The position numbers and the translations under genes were made by a program. Shown here piece by piece: positions 7,907-16,494 of a DNA stretch of 30,173 nt (its first letter is position 1; the number at the start of each line of letters is the position of its first letter). The notes below the pieces were generated by a model. It had not been told where the DNA came from. It did not search any database and saw only the letters and a program-made list of their open reading frames with translations. Location of the stretch: positions 1 to 30,173 of the forward strand of contig CAJBRS010000101.1 in the NCBI GenBank assembly GCA_903958115.1, given 5' to 3'. Origin of the DNA: an uncultured bacterium. GTDB lineage: Bacteria; Patescibacteriota; Minisyncoccia; Phycocordibacterales; CAWITU01.

Positions 7907-9845
7907 CAGTATTCCGATTTTGCCGGAACAGCTGACACCTTATCTCTCGCCTGCGAACCTCCAGTTGACGAAGACTAGTTATCGTCCGCTGAAAGGTTTC
8001 AGGCAGGGGAATGGTGAAAGCTGGACGACACTTCTCGGGAGTCAGCAGGTAGAACAGGAGGTTAGCATCGTCAACACCATTAAGGTGGTCATCTGCAAGG
8101 ATGCCCTTCTCATTGGTGAGAATGCTAACGCCGTTCTTCATGCTCTTCGTATGGGTTCTTGTCTCGGTGCATATTTGGCTGATCAGTATAGCCAAGCATC
8201 GGGGCTCGAAGCCTTTAAATTACGTGAATCGAAAAGGGATAGCCTCAGTGCCTTAACGGGTGCTGAAGCCGCCGAGAAAAACCAAAAAAATGGTACGGCG
8301 GGTGCGATTGCTCTTTTTGTGATGTCAGCCTACGTCGTCTGGAAGCTTGGAAGCCTGCTGGATTCGAAAGCGGATTCAATGCAGATGGAACAACCTGCGG
8401 TGCCTGAAACTGTTTTGACAAGCGCGATTGCTTCAACAAAGTGCGCGCTCTACTACTACGGTTTCTATCTGGAAAAAAGTGGATTGGTGAGGAACGAGAT
8501 GGAACTCGTCAAAATCACTTCCCTTTATTTTCAGCAGGTGATGAAGGAAGTTCAATCGCGGGTGCCGAGTCTTCGTTTTACGGAGGCATTCACCGAAGTC
8601 AGCTATCGGCTCAAGGATACAGAATTTGCTATCGATGGTTTCAAAGAACCGTCGTCGGCGATTCTGCCCAAGGTCGTAGCACAACGTGTGGAGTTTGGTC
8701 GTATCGTGGGTAACCACGCTGCCAAGCACACTATTCAACGAGTTGTGGATCGGTTGTGTTGCTATGATCCCATTGCTGGTGCAAATCCTTTTAGCCGTTT
8801 TGGCGGAGTGATTTCCTCAGCAATGGGTTGTGGTAAACCAGGGACGGGCAAGACTCTTCTTGGTAGCGCAGCCTCAACACTTCTCAGTGATCGGTGTGAC
8901 CAGATTGGTTTGCCATACCGATTCCACGAATTGCCAGTCGCCCTGATCTCAAGTTATCAAGGCGATACTGACAGAAACATGTCTGCTTACTTCGAGCCAT
9001 TCTATGACAAGTCAGGAATCTTGCTCGGTCTCTTGGATGATTGCGAAGGCATCTTCCTTAATCGAGCGTTTCCACATGTTTCGGAAGGGCAGAGAGCTGC
9101 CATCAAGGTTTATCTGACCAAGACCGAAGGAGCTAGTGCTCCTCGTCTCGGCAATAGCTTGATGTTGTTCCTGACAAATATGCCGGATCAGATTGATCCA
9201 GCTGTTATGTCTCGTCAGCAACTTCGCTTCAAAATCGAAGGGGCTGAAACGGAAGCCGACTTTGCCGACCAGATAAGGATGGGAGTAGAAACCTATGACA
9301 AGGTGGATCCCAAATTCGTTGGCCTCGCTGACATGTCAGGGTACAGGTTCTTGGAAGCTCAGAAGCAAAGGACGCTAGCAGCGCAGTTAGCGGAGAGCGT
9401 AGAGCTCACTGATGACCGGCTAATAAAGTTGGAGAAGGATGCTAGGGCAAGCTACTCGCTTGATAATCTTGGCTACTTCGCCACCCTCTTTAAACTTCTG
9501 CTTGGGGCTTATCCGCAATTCAGCTCCCGCGATGTGCGTAACATCATGGTGGCCGCGGACAGTCGAGTGATGGATTTCGATCTACCAGGGGAGTGGTTCA
9601 CTAATCTGGACCTATTCTTCGCTAAGGACTTTGAGTCCAAGGTTGAGATCTTGAAGAAGTACATCAGGGAATGTATGGGGAATGTTTCATATCCCCAAAT
9701 CTTGCGCCAAGAGGTGGTGAAGTATCTCAACGTCTTCGTGACGATGGAGAACACTGCCTTTCAGCGTAAGGTTGATCAACGCTTGGAGGAATTCAAAGTC
9801 CACCAGGCAGCGACAGCTGCGTTCGAGAAGTTCGTCGGTAAATAA
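7893..9845 (+). CDS. AAA+ ATPase with large N-terminal domain (gene 3)
   Basis: Start moved to ATG 7893, after AAGGAG. Walker A GKPGTGKT (8832-8855), Walker B-like LGLLDDCE, sensor-1/SRH LTNMPDQIDPAVMSR, sensor-2-like FSSRDVRN. Confidence 0.9.
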   Translation: MKSTSSIPILPEQLTPYLSPANLQLTKTSYRPLKGFRQGNGESWTTLLGSQQVEQEVSIVNTIKVVICKDALLIGENANAVLHALRMGSCLGAYLADQYSQASGLEAFKLRESKRDSLSALTGAEAAEKNQKNGTAGAIALFVMSAYVVWKLGSLLDSKADSMQMEQPAVPETVLTSAIASTKCALYYYGFYLEKSGLVRNEMELVKITSLYFQQVMKEVQSRVPSLRFTEAFTEVSYRLKDTEFAIDGFKEPSSAILPKVVAQRVEFGRIVGNHAAKHTIQRVVDRLCCYDPIAGANPFSRFGGVISSAMGCGKPGTGKTLLGSAASTLLSDRCDQIGLPYRFHELPVALISSYQGDTDRNMSAYFEPFYDKSGILLGLLDDCEGIFLNRAFPHVSEGQRAAIKVYLTKTEGASAPRLGNSLMLFLTNMPDQIDPAVMSRQQLRFKIEGAETEADFADQIRMGVETYDKVDPKFVGLADMSGYRFLEAQKQRTLAAQLAESVELTDDRLIKLEKDARASYSLDNLGYFATLFKLLLGAYPQFSSRDVRNIMVAADSRVMDFDLPGEWFTNLDLFFAKDFESKVEILKKYIRECMGNVSYPQILRQEVVKYLNVFVTMENTAFQRKVDQRLEEFKVHQAATAAFEKFVGK

Positions 9846-9867
9846 GTACAAAATTACGCAAAATAAC

Positions 9868-9903
9868 ACCGGTGGGGAGAAGCAATTCTCCTCACCGGTT
9901 TTC
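9868..9903 (+). terminator. Intrinsic terminator after ATPase
   Basis: 14-bp stem ACCGGTGGGGAGAA/TTCTCCTCACCGGT with one G-U pair, GCAA tetraloop, T-rich tail. Confidence 0.75.
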
Positions 9904-9914
9904 TGTTATTCCTA

Positions 9915-9942
9915 TTGACTTTACTGTATTTTATGGTAAAAT
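9915..9942 (+). promoter_or_regulatory. Internal sigma70 promoter for genes 4-6: TTGACT-N16-TAAAAT with extended TG
   Basis: TTGACT 9915-9920; TG 9934-9935; TAAAAT 9937-9942. Confidence 0.65.
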
Positions 9943-10017
9943 AGGCAACAAACTACGTAAAAAAACGTTTTCAACCGGTCTTTGACAAAAAGATCACAAC
10001 AAAGAAAGAAACACATA

Positions 10018-11301
10018 ATGGACAAACTTATAGCTGCGAACTTGTTTGGAGATCAACTGGCTCGTATTGACTCACCTGAGCTTGTGGGTCGGTACAATGA
10101 GTGTCTGAAAGCTATTGGCTTGGAGCCAACAAAGCTCGAGGCGTTCAGTATCGATGGTATCGGCTGGAGTCCGCAGATTGCTCAAGAAAGGAAGCGCATC
10201 AAGTACTTCTCAATGGGGACGGCGGCACAGTTCGGTATTATTTTAACACCAGCTCAAAAAGGCTTACCCATTTTCACGCCGATTAATTCGTTTGATCGGT
10301 TGGTGATGGAAAAGTATTTTCGCAATTTCGGGAAACACGTTTCTGATCTGACAAGTCGCACAGGCCTTTGGCTCGACTTCAGTCATGATTTGCTTGAATT
10401 TCAATCGCCACTCGATCTCCTTATGGTTGATTCGGTGGTGGTGCGTTCAGCAGACGTTGACGGCTTAATGGAAGCTGCTCGTCAGCAACGGGAACTTGAC
10501 CGACAATTTCGGAGAGCTGAAAAAGCTTGGCAGGATGATTCGCTCATGAAAAAAATCTGCGACAGCGCGGAGAAATACGGAGACCTTCGTTTCCGGGCGA
10601 TGATCATTCCTGACCTTCCTTTTTCGGACTTGCGTTGTTTTGTGACGCAGGCCTTTGGCGGAGTTTATGTTTTTCGGGACACCCCGAAGAACGGACCGCT
10701 TTTGGTGACTGTCGATGATCAGTACAAGCCGATGTCGGAAGATACGGCGACCGTATATCATGCGAGCGATAAAGAATTACCAGCAGTCCTTCTTAAGGAG
10801 GGAATAACGGATGTTCCGCTCGGTTGGTATAAAAACCATCTTTCTGCTCTCGAAGAAATTCGGGACTTTCACATCGTTGACGCCTATTACAAGGCTGGTA
10901 ACGGTGATGTTGAGTTCCAAAATCTCACTTCGGCGCAATTGAAACAATGGATTGCTGGCAATTTGCCAGCATTACCAGTGTGGTTTTCTGAGCTTGGACG
11001 GCTGATCGCTCAGCTTCGTCAAAAGACTTCAGTCAAGACAATCAAAATCTCTCATGAGCTCTCCGCTATCCTGATGCGCCCGTCGCATCAAGTTGCAGAA
11101 TCGCCTGGTGCAGAGGAAGTCACGCTGCAGCTCTTGGCTCGGCTTGACCCAACTGACGTAGAGCGGTTGTATGTTCACAACAAAATTCTCTTCTACGACC
11201 TCTATCGGGGTTGGTCGGAAGGTAAGAAGAAGTGGTGCATCAACTATCTCACTAGTCGCGGACATCCGCGGCACATAAACGCAGAGAAAGACAAGAAATA
11301 A
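10018..11301 (+). CDS. DUF6638-like protein (gene 4)
   Basis: Start moved to ATG 10018. The N-terminus (LFGDQLARIDSPELVGRYNECL..FSIDGIGWSPQI) and FVTQAFGGVYVFRD match my recollection of DUF6638; not verified by search. Confidence 0.7.
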   Translation: MDKLIAANLFGDQLARIDSPELVGRYNECLKAIGLEPTKLEAFSIDGIGWSPQIAQERKRIKYFSMGTAAQFGIILTPAQKGLPIFTPINSFDRLVMEKYFRNFGKHVSDLTSRTGLWLDFSHDLLEFQSPLDLLMVDSVVVRSADVDGLMEAARQQRELDRQFRRAEKAWQDDSLMKKICDSAEKYGDLRFRAMIIPDLPFSDLRCFVTQAFGGVYVFRDTPKNGPLLVTVDDQYKPMSEDTATVYHASDKELPAVLLKEGITDVPLGWYKNHLSALEEIRDFHIVDAYYKAGNGDVEFQNLTSAQLKQWIAGNLPALPVWFSELGRLIAQLRQKTSVKTIKISHELSAILMRPSHQVAESPGAEEVTLQLLARLDPTDVERLYVHNKILFYDLYRGWSEGKKKWCINYLTSRGHPRHINAEKDKK

Positions 11302-11323
11302 AAACGGAAGGAAATAAAAAAAC

Positions 11324-11929
11324 ATGAATCAGTTTCATTCGGACATGTACTATGCCAAAAGTTGGCTTATGGGGTTCTACCTCCTCGCCATCATTTTGGC
11401 AGTCCTGGATCGTTGGCTTGCTACCATCATCTACGGCTGGACGCACGAAAAAGTTAGTGGAAGTTCTGCGCCGCCAACTAAGATCAAGGGTTTGATCTAC
11501 GGTCGGCGAGCATGGACTTGGTTTGTTCACGGAATTATTCTTTCAACACTACAGACAGTTTTCATTACGCCGCTTGTCCTGACAACTCTCAGGAATCCGG
11601 CCATTGAGCTCGTTCTGTGGGTTACGGAAATATTCATTGTCATGATCGGTTATCTTACCGCAAAGGTGGTTTACCGTTTTGGTGGACCATTTATATGTTG
11701 GACTTTCCGTATTACTGAAAAGGTGGATACGGGGGAACTACATGTGACGGAAACCGTAGAAGAGCAAGTCGAGCAAGCGAAGAGCTGGTTCGGCAGGCTG
11801 GTGGCAAAAATCAAAGGTTTGAAAAAAACCAAGCCGTCGGTTATCTCTGTACCACCTCCGACCCCGAAGCCAAAACCTTCGGCGGCCGATATCGAGCGTG
11901 ACATCAACAACTACACGGGAGGTCGTTAG
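11324..11929 (+). CDS. Membrane protein with ~3 TM helices and a Pro/Lys-rich cytoplasmic tail (gene 5)
   Basis: Hydrophobic stretches in the N-terminal two-thirds; tail KKTKPSVISVPPPTPKPKPS. Confidence 0.78.
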   Translation: MNQFHSDMYYAKSWLMGFYLLAIILAVLDRWLATIIYGWTHEKVSGSSAPPTKIKGLIYGRRAWTWFVHGIILSTLQTVFITPLVLTTLRNPAIELVLWVTEIFIVMIGYLTAKVVYRFGGPFICWTFRITEKVDTGELHVTETVEEQVEQAKSWFGRLVAKIKGLKKTKPSVISVPPPTPKPKPSAADIERDINNYTGGR

Positions 11930-11930
11930 C

Positions 11931-13514
11931 ATGACAGAAAAAAATGTGAAGGAAAGAGGAGCGATATTCTGGTTGGCGAAAAATCTGACCGGGGCATTGC
12001 TCCGGTTCACTGATCGGCACTGGATTATCAAGGTTGTTTCTTTGATCTTTGCGGTACTTGCGGTGGTGTTTGTTTTTATCACCCGTGCCGCCTGGCAACC
12101 GATCGTTTTAGAGGTTCGGCTTCATACCCCGCAACTCTTTTTCGGTTTGTTGCTTTGGATCGTGATGAGCACACTCTGGCGAAGTCGCCTGCGTAAGGCA
12201 TTTTGGATTATCGCTGTGTTGACAGTGGTGATGTTCGGATTGGTCGAGCGTTATAACCTCGATCCAGTTCAGTACATTACTCTGTACCTGCGGTATAAGT
12301 CCCTCGATCTGAAAGAACTCAGCGACTTGCCAGAGACCGATCACGAACGCGTTCAGCCTCTTCATTCAATTCGAATGGTGGCTGGTGAAAAAATCACCAT
12401 TGCCGAGCGTGCTTCAGGCCCGAACTTTGTTCGGGTTGGTAAAGATCAGTATCGTTTTACGATGGCCATCGAGCCGTCGTACAACGTGCCGAGGTTGTTT
12501 GGAAACATTCAGGAAATCTTTAATTTGTCGGCGACGTCGCCGGCCTTGGATTTTTCCACTAGTCGAGAGAAGGTACAGTTTGCTGTTGGTGAAGGTTTGC
12601 TGTGGGGCAAGAGTGCTCACGTGAACGTCATCAACACCTTCGGTCTCTTTAAATTTCTCGGCTACAAACCAACTGAGGTGAGATACATCACTGATGATTC
12701 GGGAGCGTGGGTGGAAGTTATTCCTCTCATCCGGTATACCGGTTTATTCCCGCATCCAGAATTTGGGGGTGTTCAGATCATTCATCAAAGTTCTGGTGGA
12801 TTCTGGCACTCCCTGAAGAGTTTGTTTGTTGGTGATGGCTACTGGATTCGTCCTCGCGATATTGGAAAGTTTCCGTATCTGCGCGGACAAAATCTCATCC
12901 CGACTGAAGTTTCCCGTTTTATGGCGGAGAGCTTTAAGTTTCAGGGAGGAATTCTGGCACCGTTGCCAGGGTTTCATAGCGGAGATTTACGTGTTCCAGA
13001 TTTGCCTGGGGATCAGAATGATCAACCATACGTCACTTACGACAGGTTTACCCCTGGTGTCGGTGATGGTAACAAGCTGTATCACTACTTCGCCCTGCAG
13101 GCCTTCCAGAAAAACAGTGAAGGTCTGAACACTAGTCTCTTCGTGCCGGCAGACGGCATTGGGCAGATTGGTGTGTACAGGCATTCTGAGAGGCAGGATG
13201 GATTAACTGGTATCACCGCTGTCGATCCGATGGTTCGTGATAGTCAACCGATGTTCGATTGGTCCTCGAAAGGGACAGCTGAACATCGACCATTCATCCG
13301 AAAGATCGATAGCAAGACGAGGTTCTTCTGGCTTTCGACAGTCGTGACTTACAAAGATGCGAATGGGAAAAAGGCTGGCGATTTTATTGCCGGCACAATT
13401 CCATTGGTAGCTTTGACGGACGCATCCTCAAGGAAAGTTGTTTGGGTCGATGCCGACAAACCAAAAGAATGGGCTGGCCAAGTTGAAAAAGCGATGGGCA
13501 GTATCTGGAAATAG
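11931..13514 (+). CDS. Membrane-anchored protein with large extracytoplasmic beta-rich domain (gene 6)
   Basis: Start moved to ATG 11931, after GGGAGG at 11917-11922 and 1 nt after the gene 5 stop. About 3 N-terminal hydrophobic segments, then a ~400-aa Gly/aromatic-rich domain. Confidence 0.8.
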   Translation: MTEKNVKERGAIFWLAKNLTGALLRFTDRHWIIKVVSLIFAVLAVVFVFITRAAWQPIVLEVRLHTPQLFFGLLLWIVMSTLWRSRLRKAFWIIAVLTVVMFGLVERYNLDPVQYITLYLRYKSLDLKELSDLPETDHERVQPLHSIRMVAGEKITIAERASGPNFVRVGKDQYRFTMAIEPSYNVPRLFGNIQEIFNLSATSPALDFSTSREKVQFAVGEGLLWGKSAHVNVINTFGLFKFLGYKPTEVRYITDDSGAWVEVIPLIRYTGLFPHPEFGGVQIIHQSSGGFWHSLKSLFVGDGYWIRPRDIGKFPYLRGQNLIPTEVSRFMAESFKFQGGILAPLPGFHSGDLRVPDLPGDQNDQPYVTYDRFTPGVGDGNKLYHYFALQAFQKNSEGLNTSLFVPADGIGQIGVYRHSERQDGLTGITAVDPMVRDSQPMFDWSSKGTAEHRPFIRKIDSKTRFFWLSTVVTYKDANGKKAGDFIAGTIPLVALTDASSRKVVWVDADKPKEWAGQVEKAMGSIWK

Positions 13515-13551
13515 TTGCCAGAAGAAAACAACTAAAACAATGTTAGTAACC

Positions 13552-13592
13552 GACGCGAGTCGAGGTTCAACCCTCTTCTCGCGTCTTTTTTT
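13552..13592 (+). terminator. Intrinsic terminator closing the six-gene cluster
   Basis: GACGCGAG/CTCGCGTC outer stem, GAGG/CCTC inner stem, T7 tract; ends 2 nt before the stop of the convergent gene. Confidence 0.75.
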
Positions 13593-13594
13593 AC

Positions 13595-15214
13595 CTAGTT
13601 TTGAGGCGTTGGGAGAATGGTAAATGAAGATGGGGCACTTTCTCCACCACTTGTTTCTACTGTTAGGGTGTACACACCAGGTGTCACGACAAGAAGGGTA
13701 TTAGTGCAAGCTGAACCTTGCTGTCCAAATAGGTTACAAGCAGATTTTGTAATTGTAGGGATAGTGAATGAGAGATTTTTCCCGTCAGAAGATGAAATAG
13801 GGTCTCCGATGATTCTTTCGTTTAGTAGTACAAAAGTTTTAGATGTAAAGCTGCGTCCAACAAGACTTACCGATGTGCCAGTTTGGCCAGAAGTTTGCGA
13901 TTGACCGTAAATTGCCGGGATAGGATTGTTTGCGTTTGGATCGGCTCCAACTACAATTGTGAACTTTCTCGAAGCAGTGTTGCCGTCGAGATCAGTAACA
14001 GTAACAGTAAAAGTAAAACTTCCGGCAGTTTGAGGAATTCCATAGATTACAGAGGGTGCCATGTATCCGTTGACGCTGTTATTCAAAGATAAGCCGGTGG
14101 GTAAACTACCACTAGAGATAGACCATTTATAATCTTTTTGGAAACCTCCCGCAGAAAGATTTGTATCGTAGAGTACTCCTATATTTGCAGATGGTGTGAA
14201 GTCACTTGTTATGTAGTACTTTGAAAATGATGGGGCGATAACTGTGAAAGGTAATTGGTTACTGAAGTTCTTTCCGTCGTTACTTACACTTACACTCGCT
14301 GGTCCGTAACCTGCTCCGATTGGTACAACAAAAACAAGAGATGTTCCGCTAGGATCGACAGAGGTTGGGTTTATTTTAATGTTTTGCCCATTACCTAAAT
14401 ATACTGTACTAGATGCTGTAAAACTATTTCCGTATACGGTCACGGATGTTTGTCCATCATTTGCTGCTGTTACCGAAGAGAGGCTACTTATAGAAAGAGG
14501 CTGGTAGTTTGATGTTTTGGCAACAATATAAAATTGTGAGATATCACTCACACGTTGCTTCGTATTTGATTGCTCTAGAAACATTTTATAATAGCCATCA
14601 CTCAAAATAGCTTTGGAAAAATCTGGAGTAAAAGTACCTGCTGAGTTTATGATAGCTCCGGAGCTCGGTGTAACATCCCAAGTCCCAGATGGATCGGTTC
14701 GGCTTAGAATCGCAATAAATGTTGATGAGGATTCGCAATTTACATTGTTCCAAGTAGGGTTAATGGTGTCTGTGTTTAGGTCAAATCTTTGGTTTAAATA
14801 AGGAGAAGTGAAATTAACACTGCAAGCTGCAACAGCTGGTGTGGCCGTTGGAGTATTTACAGACGGGTTTGTGTTTGATTGTGACGCTGTTCCGCTACAG
14901 CTCAAACTTTTTAAGGAGTTTCTTGTAGTTGGCCCAACATAACCCGTAGAAGATATGTTGTTATCACTTTGGAACTTTTGTACAGCCTTTAGCGTCATTG
15001 TTCCAAAATATCCTGATGGGGAAGTACTTAGATAGTTGGTCTGTTGTAAATATGTCTGTAATTTTGTCACACTCCCCGCAGTCTGAGCATCTCTTGCTCC
15101 TTGTCTCAGGTTGTATGATAGATCTGTGCAAGATGTGCTAGAGGCGTTAGCTGAGTTGATAATGATTATTAATACTAAAGTTGCTGTTGCTAGGAATAAG
15201 ATTTTTTTAAACAT
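13595..15214 (-). CDS. Secreted surface protein: peptidoglycan-binding domain, IPT/TIG domains, putative Ig domain
   Basis: Signal peptide; LRQGA..VTKLQTYL..GYFGTMTLKAVQKFQ..GYVGPTTR (PG_binding_1); YKWSISSGSLPTGLSL..GSFTFTVTVTD (Ig-like). TATAAT lies 6 nt upstream of the ATG. Confidence 0.85.
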   Translation of the reverse strand: MFKKILFLATATLVLIIIINSANASSTSCTDLSYNLRQGARDAQTAGSVTKLQTYLQQTNYLSTSPSGYFGTMTLKAVQKFQSDNNISSTGYVGPTTRNSLKSLSCSGTASQSNTNPSVNTPTATPAVAACSVNFTSPYLNQRFDLNTDTINPTWNNVNCESSSTFIAILSRTDPSGTWDVTPSSGAIINSAGTFTPDFSKAILSDGYYKMFLEQSNTKQRVSDISQFYIVAKTSNYQPLSISSLSSVTAANDGQTSVTVYGNSFTASSTVYLGNGQNIKINPTSVDPSGTSLVFVVPIGAGYGPASVSVSNDGKNFSNQLPFTVIAPSFSKYYITSDFTPSANIGVLYDTNLSAGGFQKDYKWSISSGSLPTGLSLNNSVNGYMAPSVIYGIPQTAGSFTFTVTVTDLDGNTASRKFTIVVGADPNANNPIPAIYGQSQTSGQTGTSVSLVGRSFTSKTFVLLNERIIGDPISSSDGKNLSFTIPTITKSACNLFGQQGSACTNTLLVVTPGVYTLTVETSGGESAPSSFTILPTPQN

Positions 15215-15272
15215 AATTTAATTATACATTAATTATAATGTATTTTGGTTTTTCCTGTGGTACAATATTTTT

Positions 15273-15995
15273 ATGCAAGAAAAACAATCACAATATTTTA
15301 TTCCATTAGCTATTATTATCGCCGGTGGTTTTATAGCGTTTGCTATTTATCTTAACAAAACCCCACAACCTGGCACTAACCCAACTGCTGCCAATGTTGC
15401 TAATCAGCAGGCTCCTGCAGCCGTTGATATTAAGAATGTTAGTTTCGGTGCTGATCCATATATAGGTGATAAAAATGCGCCTGTTACTTTTGCTTTGTGG
15501 ACTGATTTTCAGTGTCCATTCTGCAAGAGGTTTGAAATTTCAAGTGCTGGAGCTTCTGCTCCATTGGATGATCTGATTAAAAATTATGTTAAAACAGGAA
15601 AGGTAAAAATTGTCTTCAAAGACTACCAATTTCTAGGACCAGACTCGATGACAGAAGCTGTATTCGCGCGAGCTGTATGGGATTTGTATCCAGATAAATA
15701 TTTCGCTTGGAGAACAGCTGTCTTTACCGCACAAGACGGAGAGAATTCTGGCTTCGGTGATGAGAAGTCTGTTGTTGTTTTAACAAAGACTGTCAGTGGT
15801 ATTGATACTTCAAAGATAGAGCAGGCAATTTCACAGAAAAAGGATGCATATCAGCAGGCGATTGCTGCAGATTTGTCCGAAGGAAATAAGTTTGGTGTAA
15901 ATGGAACCCCAGCATTTATCATTGGTAAGCAACTCTTTAGCGGGGGAATGGCTTATGCAGATCTAGCTAAACTAATCGACGCTCAACTTAAATAG
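15273..15995 (+). CDS. Membrane-anchored DsbA/BdbD-family thiol-disulfide oxidoreductase
   Basis: N-terminal TM helix, DFQCPFC active site, cis-Pro GVNGTPAF; TGgTACAAT 6 nt upstream. Confidence 0.9.
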   Translation: MQEKQSQYFIPLAIIIAGGFIAFAIYLNKTPQPGTNPTAANVANQQAPAAVDIKNVSFGADPYIGDKNAPVTFALWTDFQCPFCKRFEISSAGASAPLDDLIKNYVKTGKVKIVFKDYQFLGPDSMTEAVFARAVWDLYPDKYFAWRTAVFTAQDGENSGFGDEKSVVVLTKTVSGIDTSKIEQAISQKKDAYQQAIAADLSEGNKFGVNGTPAFIIGKQLFSGGMAYADLAKLIDAQLK

Positions 15996-16463
15996 TTTAT
16001 CAAAAAAGTTTTGAGGATTAAGGCCCTTCTTTAGAAGGAGCCTTTTTCTTATCTTATATTCAATGAGTGAGTATGATCTTATGAAAAAGACTTTATGGTG
16101 CTTAAGCCAAAACATGTCTAGGACTAGGTGAAAGAACATCCCTGACAAAATGACCATAAACAAATTAAGGTGAGTAAAAATGGCTAGAAGGTATACCAGG
16201 AGGAATATCTCTGCGTTATGGCAAAGGCTGAACCCAAGCATTTCAGGATCATTCTTTTCCATTAAAGACATTTTGTCGTAGTAACGGAACATTCTCGCAG
16301 GGCTCCAATCTTTAGCTTTTGTTCTGTATAGATAGTCTAGATAATGATCTGAATCTATCATCACTGCACTAACTAAAAATAAGAGACTGTTTTGTATTCC
16401 CCAAGCAGGGGCTAGGGCTGCTGCTGCGACGCTGCTTATAATAATGTGCTCTTGGAGTCTCAT
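15972..16463 (-). CDS. Membrane metal-dependent hydrolase-like protein (YdjM-like)
   Basis: Hydrophobic helices with a His near the N-terminus, DSDH, CH and HLVLD motifs. Confidence 0.55.
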   Translation of the reverse strand: MRLQEHIIISSVAAAALAPAWGIQNSLLFLVSAVMIDSDHYLDYLYRTKAKDWSPARMFRYYDKMSLMEKNDPEMLGFSLCHNAEIFLLVYLLAIFTHLNLFMVILSGMFFHLVLDMFWLKHHKVFFIRSYSLIEYKIRKRLLLKKGLNPQNFFDKLFKLSVD

Positions 16464-16494
16464 ATAATGATAAACGCTATGGTATCATATTTAT

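Noticed and set aside
7893-9845. ATPase as McrB, MoxR, FtsH or a transposition helper (TnsC/IstB)
   Set aside because: No TM or protease domain, no McrB NxxD or MoxR motifs, and no adjacent nuclease, VWA protein or transposase; the motifs fit a classical-clade AAA.
5211-13592. Prophage or ICE origin of the GC-rich island
   Set aside because: No integrase, relaxase, structural genes or flanking att-like direct repeats were seen.
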